Assembly (NCBI GenBank): GCA_965208615.1
Contig: CBDBPB010000004.1
Location: 64,001-128,000, forward strand
Source: Spirochaetota bacterium
Lineage (GTDB): Bacteria; Spirochaetota; UBA6919; CBDBPB01
DNA: 64,000 bases
Direction: 5' to 3'
The notes under the pieces: generated by a model
What the model was told of the DNA's origin: nothing
The model's input: the letters and a program-made list of their open reading frames with translations, nothing else
Databases searched by the model: none
Program-made: the position numbers and the translations under genes
Shown: positions 11,280 through 21,582 of the stretch, piece after piece
Layout: each line of letters opens with the position of its first letter
Position numbering within the stretch: the first letter of the stretch is position 1

Positions 11280-11837
11280 ATGACAGAGTCAAATGATGTT
11301 TTATTTTTTATGAAAATAGTATATATGACATATTTAACTATTATTTTCATTTTATTTGGATGGTTTGGTTGGAGCCTTCAGAGAGAGGGTAAGCCGCCTG
11401 TTAAGTTAAAGAAGATTTTTTATAGTTGGATCATACTGCTTGTTATAATAGGTGTTGGGATTCATATAACTACTTATCTAACTCTACCTTGGATTAAGTG
11501 GGATCTAAATCGGCATGATAAGGATTTTGCTGTAGATAAAGAGTTTAAGATAAAAGTGTCTGACCATAAGTTTCATTTTCCTGATAACAAGAAGGTCCTA
11601 CATATAAATAAGGGTGATATGGTTAGGTTTGATTTAATATCTAGCGATTTGATGTATGGGTTTGGTCTTTTTAGAAAAGATGGTACTATGCTCTTTCAAA
11701 TGCAGGTTAATCCCATGAGTCGCAATGATATAGTTTGGAAGTTTGATAAAGAAGCGGTTTATACTATTAGATCTACTGAGTACTCAGGTCCAAGGGGAGG
11801 GAGTATGGTAGTGAGGGATTCAGTAATTGTTAAGTAG
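11280..11837 (+). CDS. Heme-copper oxidase subunit II-like protein lacking CuA ligands
   Basis: Two TM helices plus a cupredoxin-like domain. DLMYGF and STEYSGPRGGSM replace DVxHGF and CxEYCGxxHxxM. Confidence 0.8.
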   Translation: MTESNDVLFFMKIVYMTYLTIIFILFGWFGWSLQREGKPPVKLKKIFYSWIILLVIIGVGIHITTYLTLPWIKWDLNRHDKDFAVDKEFKIKVSDHKFHFPDNKKVLHINKGDMVRFDLISSDLMYGFGLFRKDGTMLFQMQVNPMSRNDIVWKFDKEAVYTIRSTEYSGPRGGSMVVRDSVIVK

Positions 11838-11875
11838 TTTCTTAGTTGATAAAAACCATTAATTATGGAGGAAAT

Positions 11876-13477
11876 ATGTTAATAACCAGAAACTTAAGTC
11901 CACTACAAAGGGTAGGCCTTCGTTTTGCTGTTGTATCCTTAGTATTTTATTTAATAACCATATTAGAGGGAATGTTAATGAGGGTACACCAAATCTCATG
12001 GGATATGTGGAGTGCAGAACATTATTACTCTATTATGACTGCCCATCCGTTAGTGGGGATATTTGGTAGTAGTTATTTATTAGTATTTGGGGCATTTTAT
12101 TTTTTAGTGCCTACTCTTATGAAAAAAGAGATATATAGCCAAAAGATGGCTGAGTTTACATGGGTCATAATGACTATTGGGGTAGCTGTGGTATGGGGGG
12201 CAGGCTTTTTCTTTAATTATGGTGCTCTTTATACTAGTTATTGGCCTTTACCTGTTGATTTTAAGCAATTTGCACCTATTGCCACTGCATCCTTTTCGGT
12301 GGGTGCGGCTTTTATAATGGTGGGGGTAATTGTATTTTGTTATAATTTATTTGCTACTGTGTTATCCCAAAAAGGTGTTGAGAATAAAAAGCCGGTTGGT
12401 AAGTTACTTATGTCTGCTTTGGGAATAGATGGCTTTATAAATATAGTTCGCAGGTTAAGGGGTAAGGAGGTTGAAGAACCATTACTTAGCCTACCTGTGG
12501 TTGCTATTTTCAGGGGTACTGTGGATACTATTTTAGACGCAGCAGTTCTTACAGCTTTTGGGGTTGTTTTTTTAGTACACGCTGTATTTTTTATGGCAAC
12601 TGGTAATATTATACCCTGGGAGTGGTTAGACCCTCTTATTGCTAAGAATGTTTTTTGGTGGGGGCTTGATTTAATTGCCGATGGGCTAGTGTTAATTTAT
12701 GTAGCTGGAACATGGTATTTATTAGCAACTTTGATTACTGGTAAAAAGTTATTTATGCAAAATATTGCAAGGGCCGCATTACTAATTGAATTAGTTGTAT
12801 CATGGAATGTATGGGGCCATCACTTATTAGCTGATCAGGGTCAGCCTAATATGATGAAGATCTTGTCTGGTGAGATGGTTACAGCATTTGAGCTAGTTAC
12901 TATGGGAATTGCTATTTTCATAACTCTAAAAACCTTATGGGATGCAAGGCCATTAAAAATGACTCCTCAGTTAATGTTTTTATTAGGGGGTATACTTGGT
13001 TTTTCTTTGGGTGTACCAGCTGGTATTATCCAAGCGGATATTGGTATGAATAGGATTTTGCATAATACTCAATGGGTAATTGGTATTCATGCTCACATGC
13101 AGTTATTAGCTGGGCTTGGAATGACATTATATGCCGCTCTTTATGCTCTTTGGCCTTTATTGACTAATGATGTTAAGATAAAGTATCCATTTTTAACGGT
13201 CTTCCATTTTTGGGGTCATTTAATTGGATCTATTGGTATGGCTATAGCAATGGGTTATGCTGGTATGAATGGAATGTTAAGAAGGCATAATTATGTTGGT
13301 GACTCTACTTTTAGCACTGAGTTATGGCTTACCTTATTTTTTGGTATTTTAATGGTATTGTCATTTTTGGCAATGTTGTTTAATTTAGTTAGTTCCATGG
13401 GGCTTAGGGGAACTATTGAAATCTTCATAAAACTACCCGGAAGAATAAAAGAACAAGTAGCTCCATCAAAAAGCTAA
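11876..13477 (+). CDS. Heme-copper oxidase superfamily subunit I, probable gNOR-type NO reductase
   Basis: Multi-TM protein with TAHPLVG, VWGHH and IHAHMQ ligand motifs. Helix VI reads FWWGLDLIADGLVL instead of GHPxVY. GGAGG RBS precedes ATG 11876. Confidence 0.78.
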   Translation: MLITRNLSPLQRVGLRFAVVSLVFYLITILEGMLMRVHQISWDMWSAEHYYSIMTAHPLVGIFGSSYLLVFGAFYFLVPTLMKKEIYSQKMAEFTWVIMTIGVAVVWGAGFFFNYGALYTSYWPLPVDFKQFAPIATASFSVGAAFIMVGVIVFCYNLFATVLSQKGVENKKPVGKLLMSALGIDGFINIVRRLRGKEVEEPLLSLPVVAIFRGTVDTILDAAVLTAFGVVFLVHAVFFMATGNIIPWEWLDPLIAKNVFWWGLDLIADGLVLIYVAGTWYLLATLITGKKLFMQNIARAALLIELVVSWNVWGHHLLADQGQPNMMKILSGEMVTAFELVTMGIAIFITLKTLWDARPLKMTPQLMFLLGGILGFSLGVPAGIIQADIGMNRILHNTQWVIGIHAHMQLLAGLGMTLYAALYALWPLLTNDVKIKYPFLTVFHFWGHLIGSIGMAIAMGYAGMNGMLRRHNYVGDSTFSTELWLTLFFGILMVLSFLAMLFNLVSSMGLRGTIEIFIKLPGRIKEQVAPSKS

Positions 13478-13509
13478 CTTTACTTTAATAGCCAGTAACA
13501 TTAATTTTG

Positions 13510-14106
13510 TTATTGGCTATTAATATCACAAACAGAGTTAAAATTAACAAAGTGATTTTTTGTATTTTTATCAGGATAAACAATTTTCGTTTTACCCAAT
13601 GATAGAATATATTTTAAGCTATGATTTTTCACTCTATTATTCATTAACCTTGTTATACACCTTAACCCCTGCGTACTATACAAAGCACAAAGAGGTTCTA
13701 GTTGTTTATTATTTTGATATACATAAAAGTCATAGTTATTTTTGATTGAGTTTTTATAAAGAGTTTTAAGGGTATCGCTTTTCATATTTATCATATCGCA
13801 GGCAAGGACTAATAAATCTTTATTAGGAAACGTATTATGAACACTTAATATACCTCTTAAGGGGCCGTTAACGTTTACTGAGTCAACTATCAACTGGTTA
13901 TCGGGGAATATAGTCTTATATTTACTTAGTTGGCTTTGATTAATGGATATAACGCTTGTAGGAGTTATATTATCTAGTACATTTTTTATTATTTGAGCCC
14001 ATAATAGCTTATTATGCTTTATAAGTCCTTTATCAAAGCCCATTCGCTTACTAAGGCCTCCACACATAACAACGCCTATTATATTACTTCCAATTAGTTG
14101 TTCCAT
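13510..14106 (-). CDS. mobA: Molybdenum cofactor guanylyltransferase
   Basis: CGGLSKRMGFDKG, GPLRGI, LACDM and EPLCALY motifs. Confidence 0.88.
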   Translation of the reverse strand: MEQLIGSNIIGVVMCGGLSKRMGFDKGLIKHNKLLWAQIIKNVLDNITPTSVISINQSQLSKYKTIFPDNQLIVDSVNVNGPLRGILSVHNTFPNKDLLVLACDMINMKSDTLKTLYKNSIKNNYDFYVYQNNKQLEPLCALYSTQGLRCITRLMNNRVKNHSLKYILSLGKTKIVYPDKNTKNHFVNFNSVCDINSQ

Positions 14107-14497
14107 CACTAAAGAACTCTTTTTTCCATATAGGTACATCTTCTTTTAAAGTGTTTATTATAAACTGATTCGCTTCATAAGCCTCTTTTCTGTGGGATGA
14201 GCCGGTAACTATACAAACAGAGCATTCACCGGGATTAACCTTGCCAATCCTGTGTATACATATTGCATTATGCAAGTTCCATTTTTGTTTAGCTTTATCG
14301 CATATTTCTTTTATCATTTTTTCTGCCATAGGTATATGAGCCTCATATTCTATATAGTCTACAGCTTTATTATTGTGATGATTTCTAACATCTCCGCTAA
14401 AAAGTACTATAGCACCAGTTTTTATATTGTGTGTACTATTTAATATGTCTGATAGGTTAATGGATTCATTGCTAATAATTTTCATATTTTCAACCAT
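14084..14497 (-). CDS. moaE: Molybdopterin synthase catalytic subunit
   Basis: GAIVLFSGDVR, YEAH, HRIG and PIWKKE motifs. Confidence 0.93.
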   Translation of the reverse strand: MVENMKIISNESINLSDILNSTHNIKTGAIVLFSGDVRNHHNNKAVDYIEYEAHIPMAEKMIKEICDKAKQKWNLHNAICIHRIGKVNPGECSVCIVTGSSHRKEAYEANQFIINTLKEDVPIWKKEFFSDGTTNWK

Positions 14498-14505
14498 GTT
14501 ATAAT

Positions 14506-14748
14506 TTATCCACCGCTAGACGGTGGGAATAGAAATATAGTCTCACTATTTTTTAGGATATAATCCTCATTTATAAACTCGTTATTAACGGCCATTTTAG
14601 ATACTGATAATACACCTTTTGAGTCGGGATTTATTTTAATTAGTTTATTTTTTAGTTCTTCCACATTAGCATTTTCTGATATATTAATCGTTAATTTATC
14701 TTTAAAGAACTCTTTTAACTTAGCGTATACATGTACATTAACTTGCAA
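14506..14748 (-). CDS. moaD: Molybdopterin synthase sulfur carrier
   Basis: 80 aa with AVN and a C-terminal PPSSGG. Confidence 0.92.
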   Translation of the reverse strand: MQVNVHVYAKLKEFFKDKLTINISENANVEELKNKLIKINPDSKGVLSVSKMAVNNEFINEDYILKNSETIFLFPPSSGG

Positions 14749-14749
14749 T

Positions 14750-15706
14750 CTACCCCCCTATTGCTTTCATAGATAGCGAACTACCTAAAAACTTATTTCT
14801 CTGTTTTTGGTGTAGTGCCTTTGTCAATAGTGATCTTAACACATCCTCATCTTTAATATTTAGTATTGGAAAACCAATATTACTGCTAATACAACCGTAT
14901 AACACACCTTGTTTATCCATACGTAGTCTATTGCAGTCATGGCAAAAGGGTGAGGAGTAATTAGCTATAATACCAAAAGTTATATTATTATTTGTTAGAT
15001 AATAAGTGGCTGTAGATGACTTATCCCGTTTAAGCTCAGTAGAAGGATATTCTTTATTTATAACATCAAGTATTTCTTGTTTAGAAAAGAGATAGTTATT
15101 AAAGTTATTAAATAGGTGACCCATTTTCATAACTTCTAAGAAGCGTACAATAATTCCATAGTTCTTAGCATATTTTAGTATGGGCATAATTTGGCACTCA
15201 TTAATATTTTTTATTATTGTACAGTTAATCTTAACAGATATACCATTATTAACAGCACACTCTATCCCAGACAGGACGTTATCAAGACAATTTTTCTTAG
15301 TAATCTTAGAGAATATATTATGATCAACAGCATCCATGGATATATTAATGGAGTTGAGTCCTGCTTTTTTTAGTTTGGGGATAATATTAACAAGGTTAGT
15401 AGCATTAGTGGTCATACTGACATTTTTTATACCCAATTGTTTAACGGCTGAAATAAGAGGGATAATATCCTTATACAGTATAGGTTCACCACCGGTTAGT
15501 CTAACTGTTTTAAGCTTAGTTAGTTTATGTATTTTTGATATAGCCTTTACATAGTCTTTATATGGAAGATAAGATTTATTATTTAGCTTATTATCTTTAT
15601 CAGATGGATCACAATATAGGCATGATAGATTACAGTTATTAGTTAGGCTAAGTCTAAGAGTTTTGAACTGTCTATTAAGGTCATCCACGATCATAGAGGC
15701 CTCCAT
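14750..15706 (-). CDS. moaA: GTP 3',8-cyclase (radical SAM)
   Basis: CNLSCLYC, LTGGEP, FCHDCNRLR and a C-terminal IGG. Confidence 0.94.
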   Translation of the reverse strand: MEASMIVDDLNRQFKTLRLSLTNNCNLSCLYCDPSDKDNKLNNKSYLPYKDYVKAISKIHKLTKLKTVRLTGGEPILYKDIIPLISAVKQLGIKNVSMTTNATNLVNIIPKLKKAGLNSINISMDAVDHNIFSKITKKNCLDNVLSGIECAVNNGISVKINCTIIKNINECQIMPILKYAKNYGIIVRFLEVMKMGHLFNNFNNYLFSKQEILDVINKEYPSTELKRDKSSTATYYLTNNNITFGIIANYSSPFCHDCNRLRMDKQGVLYGCISSNIGFPILNIKDEDVLRSLLTKALHQKQRNKFLGSSLSMKAIGG

Positions 15707-16887
15707 GGATAGAACTCTATTATAGAGTTTTCTTTTATGGCATTAATATTATGTGGATGCTTAGCTAAGCCATCGGAGTTTAGGGTGGATAACACATCTC
15801 CACTACCTTTAAAGCTAATTACCTCAATAGAAGACGGTTTATTTATAATACGGCATGGGAAGTACTCTTCACGATCACCTTTTTTAGTACGACTGGATAT
15901 AATGGGTAGATATAGGGTTTTAAGTTCTGTTAGATGCATATACTCTCTAATATACGCTTCAATAAAGAGCTTAAACCCGACTTGGCATGACATATTATTA
16001 CCAGGTAGTCCAAATACAACACCTCCCTGTGGGTTAGTACCAAACCATATAGGCTTACCAGGCTTAACTTTAACCTTATGAAATACCTTTTCTATCTTCA
16101 TTTGTGATAATATATCTGGAATGAGGTCTACATCACCCATGGATACGCCGCCTGATATAATTAGTATATCGGATAGTAGGCCTAGTTCAATGGAATTAGT
16201 CAGTTCCTCTTTGTTATCCTTTACTATACCAGAGAATTGGGGAGTAATATCGTAATTAGCCAATAAACTCCTTATTGTATATGAATTTGAATCCCTAATT
16301 TGATGGCTTAGAGGAATACTATCTGGACTTACTATCTCATCCCCTGTTGATATTATACTAACAGTCGGTTTGGGGTATACTTTTACGTTATGATGCCCTG
16401 TACTAGCCAATAGGCTTATTACAGCAGTATTACAAAGGGTATTCTCTTTTATAACGAGTTTATCCTTAAGACAGTCCTCACCTTCTTTAGCAATGTTTAA
16501 CCCTGATTTTATGTTAGTTAAACTAAATCTGACCTTGCCGTTATGTTCAGTGCTATCCTCTACTTTTATGACTGAGTCAATATCATTAGGTAATGGGGCT
16601 CCAGTCATAACTTTTATACACGATCCAGATGGTATGGGCTGATCAAAGGTTTGTCCAGCTTGCAGATGGCCTATAACGTTAAATTCATTTATTTGCTTTT
16701 CGTTAATATCACTTGCTGAAAGACCGTATCCATCCATAGTAATTCTGTTAAAGGGTGGATAATCTCTATCGGCAAAGATATTCTGAGATATTGCCAGACT
16801 TTTAATATCGGTTATTGATTTTTTTATAGGACGATTTGGTCTTATTGTTGATAGAATTAATTTTTGTGCATCAGAAACGTTTATCAT
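15691..16887 (-). CDS. moeA: Molybdopterin molybdotransferase
   Basis: PPFNRITMDGY, MTGAPLP, SGGVSMGDVD, KPGKP and GLPGN motifs. The start is ATG 16887 after AAGGAG. Confidence 0.93.
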   Translation of the reverse strand: MINVSDAQKLILSTIRPNRPIKKSITDIKSLAISQNIFADRDYPPFNRITMDGYGLSASDINEKQINEFNVIGHLQAGQTFDQPIPSGSCIKVMTGAPLPNDIDSVIKVEDSTEHNGKVRFSLTNIKSGLNIAKEGEDCLKDKLVIKENTLCNTAVISLLASTGHHNVKVYPKPTVSIISTGDEIVSPDSIPLSHQIRDSNSYTIRSLLANYDITPQFSGIVKDNKEELTNSIELGLLSDILIISGGVSMGDVDLIPDILSQMKIEKVFHKVKVKPGKPIWFGTNPQGGVVFGLPGNNMSCQVGFKLFIEAYIREYMHLTELKTLYLPIISSRTKKGDREEYFPCRIINKPSSIEVISFKGSGDVLSTLNSDGLAKHPHNINAIKENSIIEFYPWRPL

Positions 16888-16892
16888 AAAGG

Positions 16893-16987
16893 ACTCCTTT
16901 TCAAGTATGGAAGGCATACTTATTTATAAGTATACCCTATCGTCTACCATGCCATAGAGTTAATCCTTAGGCATCGCAGATCGGAGT
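16893..16987 (-). ncRNA. Molybdenum cofactor (Moco) riboswitch
   Basis: Minus strand reads ACTCCGA...CCTAAG...CTATGG...AGGGT...GCCTTCC...GAAAAGGAGT. The ACTCC/GGAGT P1 stem covers the moeA RBS. Confidence 0.85.
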
Positions 16988-17015
16988 AGTTATTTTAGTT
17001 ATAAGTTAAAAATTA

Positions 17016-17924
17016 TTAATGGCCTTCCCCTATTAGCATTTTCCTAGCATGAAATACTCCCGGTAATATAGCCTCTAATCCCTCTCTTGCTCCGTTAGAG
17101 CTACCGGGTAGAGTTATTATTAATGTATTTGCAACACTGCCACTAATTGACCTGGACAGCATAGCAAGGGGAGTTCTCATACCGCCGTAAGTTCGTATTG
17201 CTTCACTTATACCATTGGCATCTCGTTCTATAATATTTTTAATAGTATCAACGGTTTTATCTCTTGGACCAAGTCCAGTACCGCCAGTGGTGAATATAAA
17301 GTGTATATCATCTTTTATCCAGTTTTTTATTTGCTGTTCTATTAAGTTTGGTTCATCAGCTACAATTTGATAGTCTACTACGTCTATTTCGTATTTGGAC
17401 AGCATTTCCTTAATGATTAAACCAGATTTATCTTTTCTGGTACCTTTAGCAGTAGAGTCTGAGCATACTAATATGGCGGCTTTAGTACCAGACTTTATTT
17501 TAAGCTTTTTATCTGTTCTACCACCTGTTTTACCTATTAGTTTTATGGATGTAATTTCCATATTTTTATCAATGGGTTTTAGTAGGTCGTATATGGTTAA
17601 CGTACAGGCCGATACAGCTGATAATACTTCCATCTCTATACCAGTACGCCCAATAGATTTACCTTCTACACTTACTATTACTTCACCTATGTCGTTTAGG
17701 TCAAAGTTTATATCCATAGAGTCAATAGACACAGGGTGACAATGTGGTATAAGGTTTGAGGTGTTTTTGGATGCTAATAGTCCTGCCGCTTTAGCTATGT
17801 TTAGTAGATCACCTTTAGGCAGAGACTTATTTTTTATTTTACTTATTGTATCACTTGAGCAAATTACTTTACCGGTGGCTTTAGCGGTTCTTAGGCTAAT
17901 TTGTTTTTTAGTTATATCAATCAT
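17016..17924 (-). CDS. moaCB: Bifunctional MoaC-MoaB/MogA fusion
   Basis: MoaC (LIPHCHP, TGIEME, YDLLK) fused to MoaB/MogA (DKSG, TTGGTGLGPRD, TLPGS). Confidence 0.9.
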   Translation of the reverse strand: MIDITKKQISLRTAKATGKVICSSDTISKIKNKSLPKGDLLNIAKAAGLLASKNTSNLIPHCHPVSIDSMDINFDLNDIGEVIVSVEGKSIGRTGIEMEVLSAVSACTLTIYDLLKPIDKNMEITSIKLIGKTGGRTDKKLKIKSGTKAAILVCSDSTAKGTRKDKSGLIIKEMLSKYEIDVVDYQIVADEPNLIEQQIKNWIKDDIHFIFTTGGTGLGPRDKTVDTIKNIIERDANGISEAIRTYGGMRTPLAMLSRSISGSVANTLIITLPGSSNGAREGLEAILPGVFHARKMLIGEGH

Positions 17925-18127
17925 TTTTCTTTGGTCTATTTAGATAGTTATAATATTTTTTATTTTAGGATAGTAATCTATAGTCAAATCTAAAAGAAAG
18001 ATAATATATACTACATGAAATGGCAAATAAAAAACTTATAAAGTTTAAAGAAATCATAGGTATGAGTTCTATGATCATTTTAACAATATTGTTATTAAAG
18101 GTTCTATTGTATTATTATAAAAGCGTT

Positions 18128-18871
18128 CTAAAATAAGTTTTGAGTAATTTTAGGAAATAAGGTTATTTCAGGTATTTGATTATAATATTTACCATCGAGC
18201 TCTCTACCAGCAAGTTTTTTATTTACACCACCCCATTGTTTAAAGAAAAAAGGTATTCTTTGCTTTAAACAATGATCCCGGATATTTCTTATCCATTTGG
18301 CATTTATAGGTCGAGCTTTAGGTCCGGATTCACCACCAACAATTATCCATCCAATATTATTTAAATCAATTTTATTAACTAGACCAAGGAGCGGTTCAAA
18401 CGATATAAATTTTAGTTTTGCACCTGTCTTTCTTAAGTAATCAATACGACTTATGTATTTTTCATTTTCAACACTTACACCCATCCATATATTATTACTC
18501 CAATTTAATTTATGCGATAACTTAGCAAGCCTATCAGGTCGTTTGGTTAAAAGCTGAAATATGTGCCAATTAGCTTCATTCATAGTTTTGAAAACTTTAA
18601 AGATAAAGTCATCTGAAACACTATCATGGAATAAATCGCTCATAGAATTAACAAAAATTATTTTTGATTTCCTCCATTTAAACGGAGAACTTAACATATG
18701 TTCATGAGTAGTTAACTTAAAACCGTTATAATACTTCTTTTGTCCCATGGCTTTTAATCTATTAGCCATACGTTCTGCATAGCAATTTCTACAACCTTCG
18801 CTAACCTTATCACACCCAGTAACTGGGTTCCAACTTGACTTAGTCCATTCTATGCTATAAGTTAAAGCCAT
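18128..18871 (-). CDS. Phage Gp37/Gp68 (DUF5131) three-Cys radical-SAM-like protein
   Basis: IEWT..SWNPVTGCDKVSEGCRNCYA, FVNSMSDLFH, VGGESG and FFKQWGG motifs. Confidence 0.88.
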   Translation of the reverse strand: MALTYSIEWTKSSWNPVTGCDKVSEGCRNCYAERMANRLKAMGQKKYYNGFKLTTHEHMLSSPFKWRKSKIIFVNSMSDLFHDSVSDDFIFKVFKTMNEANWHIFQLLTKRPDRLAKLSHKLNWSNNIWMGVSVENEKYISRIDYLRKTGAKLKFISFEPLLGLVNKIDLNNIGWIIVGGESGPKARPINAKWIRNIRDHCLKQRIPFFFKQWGGVNKKLAGRELDGKYYNQIPEITLFPKITQNLF

Positions 18872-18876
18872 AATTA

Positions 18877-19331
18877 TTACCCTTTATATTTAATTACTGG
18901 CAAATCTTTATTCCAATTACCATAATTTGCAAGTATTTTTTTTATCTTTAATATAGTTTTGCTAAAGCCTTTTTTACAATATTCATAATTTTTAGACCAT
19001 TTAGAAGGATCAAAAATTACTGGCTGTCTAAACTCTTTCACTCTACCAACAATACCATCATTACTATACTCCCAAATTAAATTGTTCATTAGGATCATCC
19101 CTAGTAAATGTTTTGCAAGGAAAAACAAAGCATTTTTCTGTCCCCCACTATCTATACAAATCGACCTAACATACTTTAAACTAAGATATTATAGCAAACC
19201 TATTCGTATTTCTTCATTAAAATCGTTAATATCGCTATAGTCTATACATCCTTTATTTGTAAGATCATTCAAAAACTTCTTTAATTTTCCAGTAAGATTT
19301 TCATTAGCAAAACGATAACTGTGAAATGTAT
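18877..19331 (-). pseudogene. Truncated three-Cys-motif partner (TcmP-like) gene
   Basis: Frame continues upstream of ORF 19128 (...HSYRFANE...KYVRSICIDSGGQKNALFFLAKHLLGM). It has an in-frame TAA at 19189-19191 and is cut at 19331 by the element end. It lies directly upstream of the DUF5131 gene. Confidence 0.6.
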
Positions 19332-20141
19332 TGTTAGTAATTGTTCTAGAGGTGTAGACCAAAAGTATTCTAAGTTAGTTTATCTTTTTAAACTTCCTAA
19401 AGTGCAGTTAGTAATTGTTCTAGAGGTGTAGAGCAAAAGTATTCTAAGTTAGTTTATCTTTTTAAAGCTTAAAAAACACAGATTATGAAGTTATAGAAAG
19501 TGTTCTGATGAAAGTAAAAAGGTTGTTGACAATGGGGATAAATATAAACGTGTAGGTTTAGACTTTGAGTTAGTGTTGGTAAGCATATTTATTTTTTTGT
19601 TATAATGTTAAGGGGATATTATTTAATAATTTAGTTATCATTTTATGATAGAGTTATGACTAGTCATACAGGGTAAAAAGGCAATACATATAACGTAAAG
19701 GGAAGTGAATTCCAGATTTCTTTATGGAACAGGAAAGTTAAGATATTCATGGAAAAGCTATTTTCTTGTGTCAAGCAGGTTATCCCTTTATGCTCTTTAA
19801 GTGCTGTTTAAATGCCTTAGCAATGAACACAAAATATCACTTTTTATGCAAGTAGTCATCACTACGAGAGCTATTAAGAATCCCTTACTGAGACTAAGAA
19901 TTATAGACCTTTATTAAGTGATAACGGATTTGCCGTTCCATAAAAGCTTAGAGGGGATTATTGGAATATTCTATATTGACTTTATGTGTAATTTTCTATG
20001 TGAATTAAAAATAATAAGATAGTTTATCCCTATAAAAGTTCATAAGCATAGAGCCTCTTTACAATAACATACTAAAACTTTCTCTAACAAAATCGCCCAA
20101 TAAAACCTTTTTTGTTATATTTGCTAAAACGTTTGTTAATG
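19332..20141 (+). mobile_element. Non-autonomous TGT...ACA element, copy 1 (about 1.8 left-end units; right terminus altered to TTAATG)
   Basis: Starts TGTTAGTAATTGTTCTAG. Its approx. 380-bp core and its right end match 28280-28790 and the reverse complement of 46287-46800. Confidence 0.8.
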
Positions 20142-20341
20142 GATTTTATTATATATTGGCATAATAATTATATTTAAATACTAACAAAATACTATTTTTT
20201 TATAATTTTATTGCTTTATCATTTTTTTTAACCTTAAAAGTTTATAACTTTTAAATATACTCTAGTTTTTACAACCATATTAATGCTTTTACTTGAATAA
20301 TATAGTTTAAGCATAATAAATACTATATAGGAAATTTAATT

Positions 20342-21559
20342 ATGAGCTTTGATGTAGGACATGGGCTTAGCAATTTAGAAGATGCCATAAAAGACTTTAA
20401 ACAAGGTAAAATGGTCATATTAGTTGACCGAGAAGATAGAGAAAATGAAGGAGACTTAGTTGTAGCCGCAGAATTCGTTAATAAAGATGCCATTAATTTC
20501 ATGTCTAAAGAGGGTAGAGGACTTATATGCGTTCCTCTTACAAAAGATAGACTCAATGAATTAGACTTAGGCCAAATGGTTACACAAAATACTGAACATC
20601 TACAAACAGCTTTTACAGTATCAGTTGATGCCGCTCACGGCACTAGCACTGGAATATCTGCCAGCGATAGAGCTAAAACTGTTAAAGCATTAATCGACCC
20701 AAAAACTAAACCAGTAGACCTTTCCAGACCTGGACATATCTTTCCTTTAAAAGCAAGAAAAGGTGGAGTATTAGTACGAACTGGTCAAACTGAAGGCTCT
20801 ATCGACTTGTGTAGACTATCAGGCCTTTATCTGGGAGCTGTGATTTGTGAAATTATGAATGATGACGGCTCTATGGCTAGAATGCCCGATCTTCAGAAGT
20901 TCGCAGAAAAACATGATCTTAAAATTATATCCGTAGCTCAGATAATTGAGTATCGTAGAAAAAAAGAAAAATTGGTACACAGAATATCTGAGGCAAAACT
21001 ACCTACTAAATACGGTAACTTTAAAATTATAACCTATGAAAATGATGTTGATGACTTAATCCATATTGCTTTGGTGTTCGGGGATATTAAAAGTAAAGAA
21101 AGTGTTTTGGTTAGAGTACACTCAGAATGCCTCACGGGCGATGTGTTTACTTCTTTACGCTGTGATTGTGGTGAACAATTACAAATAGCTTTTAAGATGA
21201 TCTCTGAAGAAGGTAGAGGTGTCTGCCTTTATATGAGACAAGAAGGTAGAGGAATTGGCCTTCATAATAAAATTAAAGCCTATGAACTACAAGATAAAGG
21301 AATGGATACTGTTGAGGCAAATGAAAAACTGGGATTTAAAGACGATTTAAGAGACTATGGTATTGGTGCCCAAATGCTTAAGGACTTAGGATTAACCAAT
21401 ATACGCCTTTTGACAAACAACCCCAAAAAAATTGTTGCAATAAAAGGCTATCATTTAAATGTTACAAATCGAATTCCGATAATTTGTACTCCTAATGAAC
21501 AAAATAAAAAATATCTTACTACTAAACAAAAAAAAATGGGACATTTTCTCGATATGTAA
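20342..21559 (+). CDS. ribBA: 3,4-dihydroxy-2-butanone-4-phosphate synthase / GTP cyclohydrolase II
   Basis: [30 protein letters not shown] and QEGRGIG motifs. Confidence 0.96.
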   Translation: MSFDVGHGLSNLEDAIKDFKQGKMVILVDREDRENEGDLVVAAEFVNKDAINFMSKEGRGLICVPLTKDRLNELDLGQMVTQNTEHLQTAFTVSVDAAHGTSTGISASDRAKTVKALIDPKTKPVDLSRPGHIFPLKARKGGVLVRTGQTEGSIDLCRLSGLYLGAVICEIMNDDGSMARMPDLQKFAEKHDLKIISVAQIIEYRRKKEKLVHRISEAKLPTKYGNFKIITYENDVDDLIHIALVFGDIKSKESVLVRVHSECLTGDVFTSLRCDCGEQLQIAFKMISEEGRGVCLYMRQEGRGIGLHNKIKAYELQDKGMDTVEANEKLGFKDDLRDYGIGAQMLKDLGLTNIRLLTNNPKKIVAIKGYHLNVTNRIPIICTPNEQNKKYLTTKQKKMGHFLDM

Positions 21560-21582
21560 ATTAATACCTTGGGTATACTATC

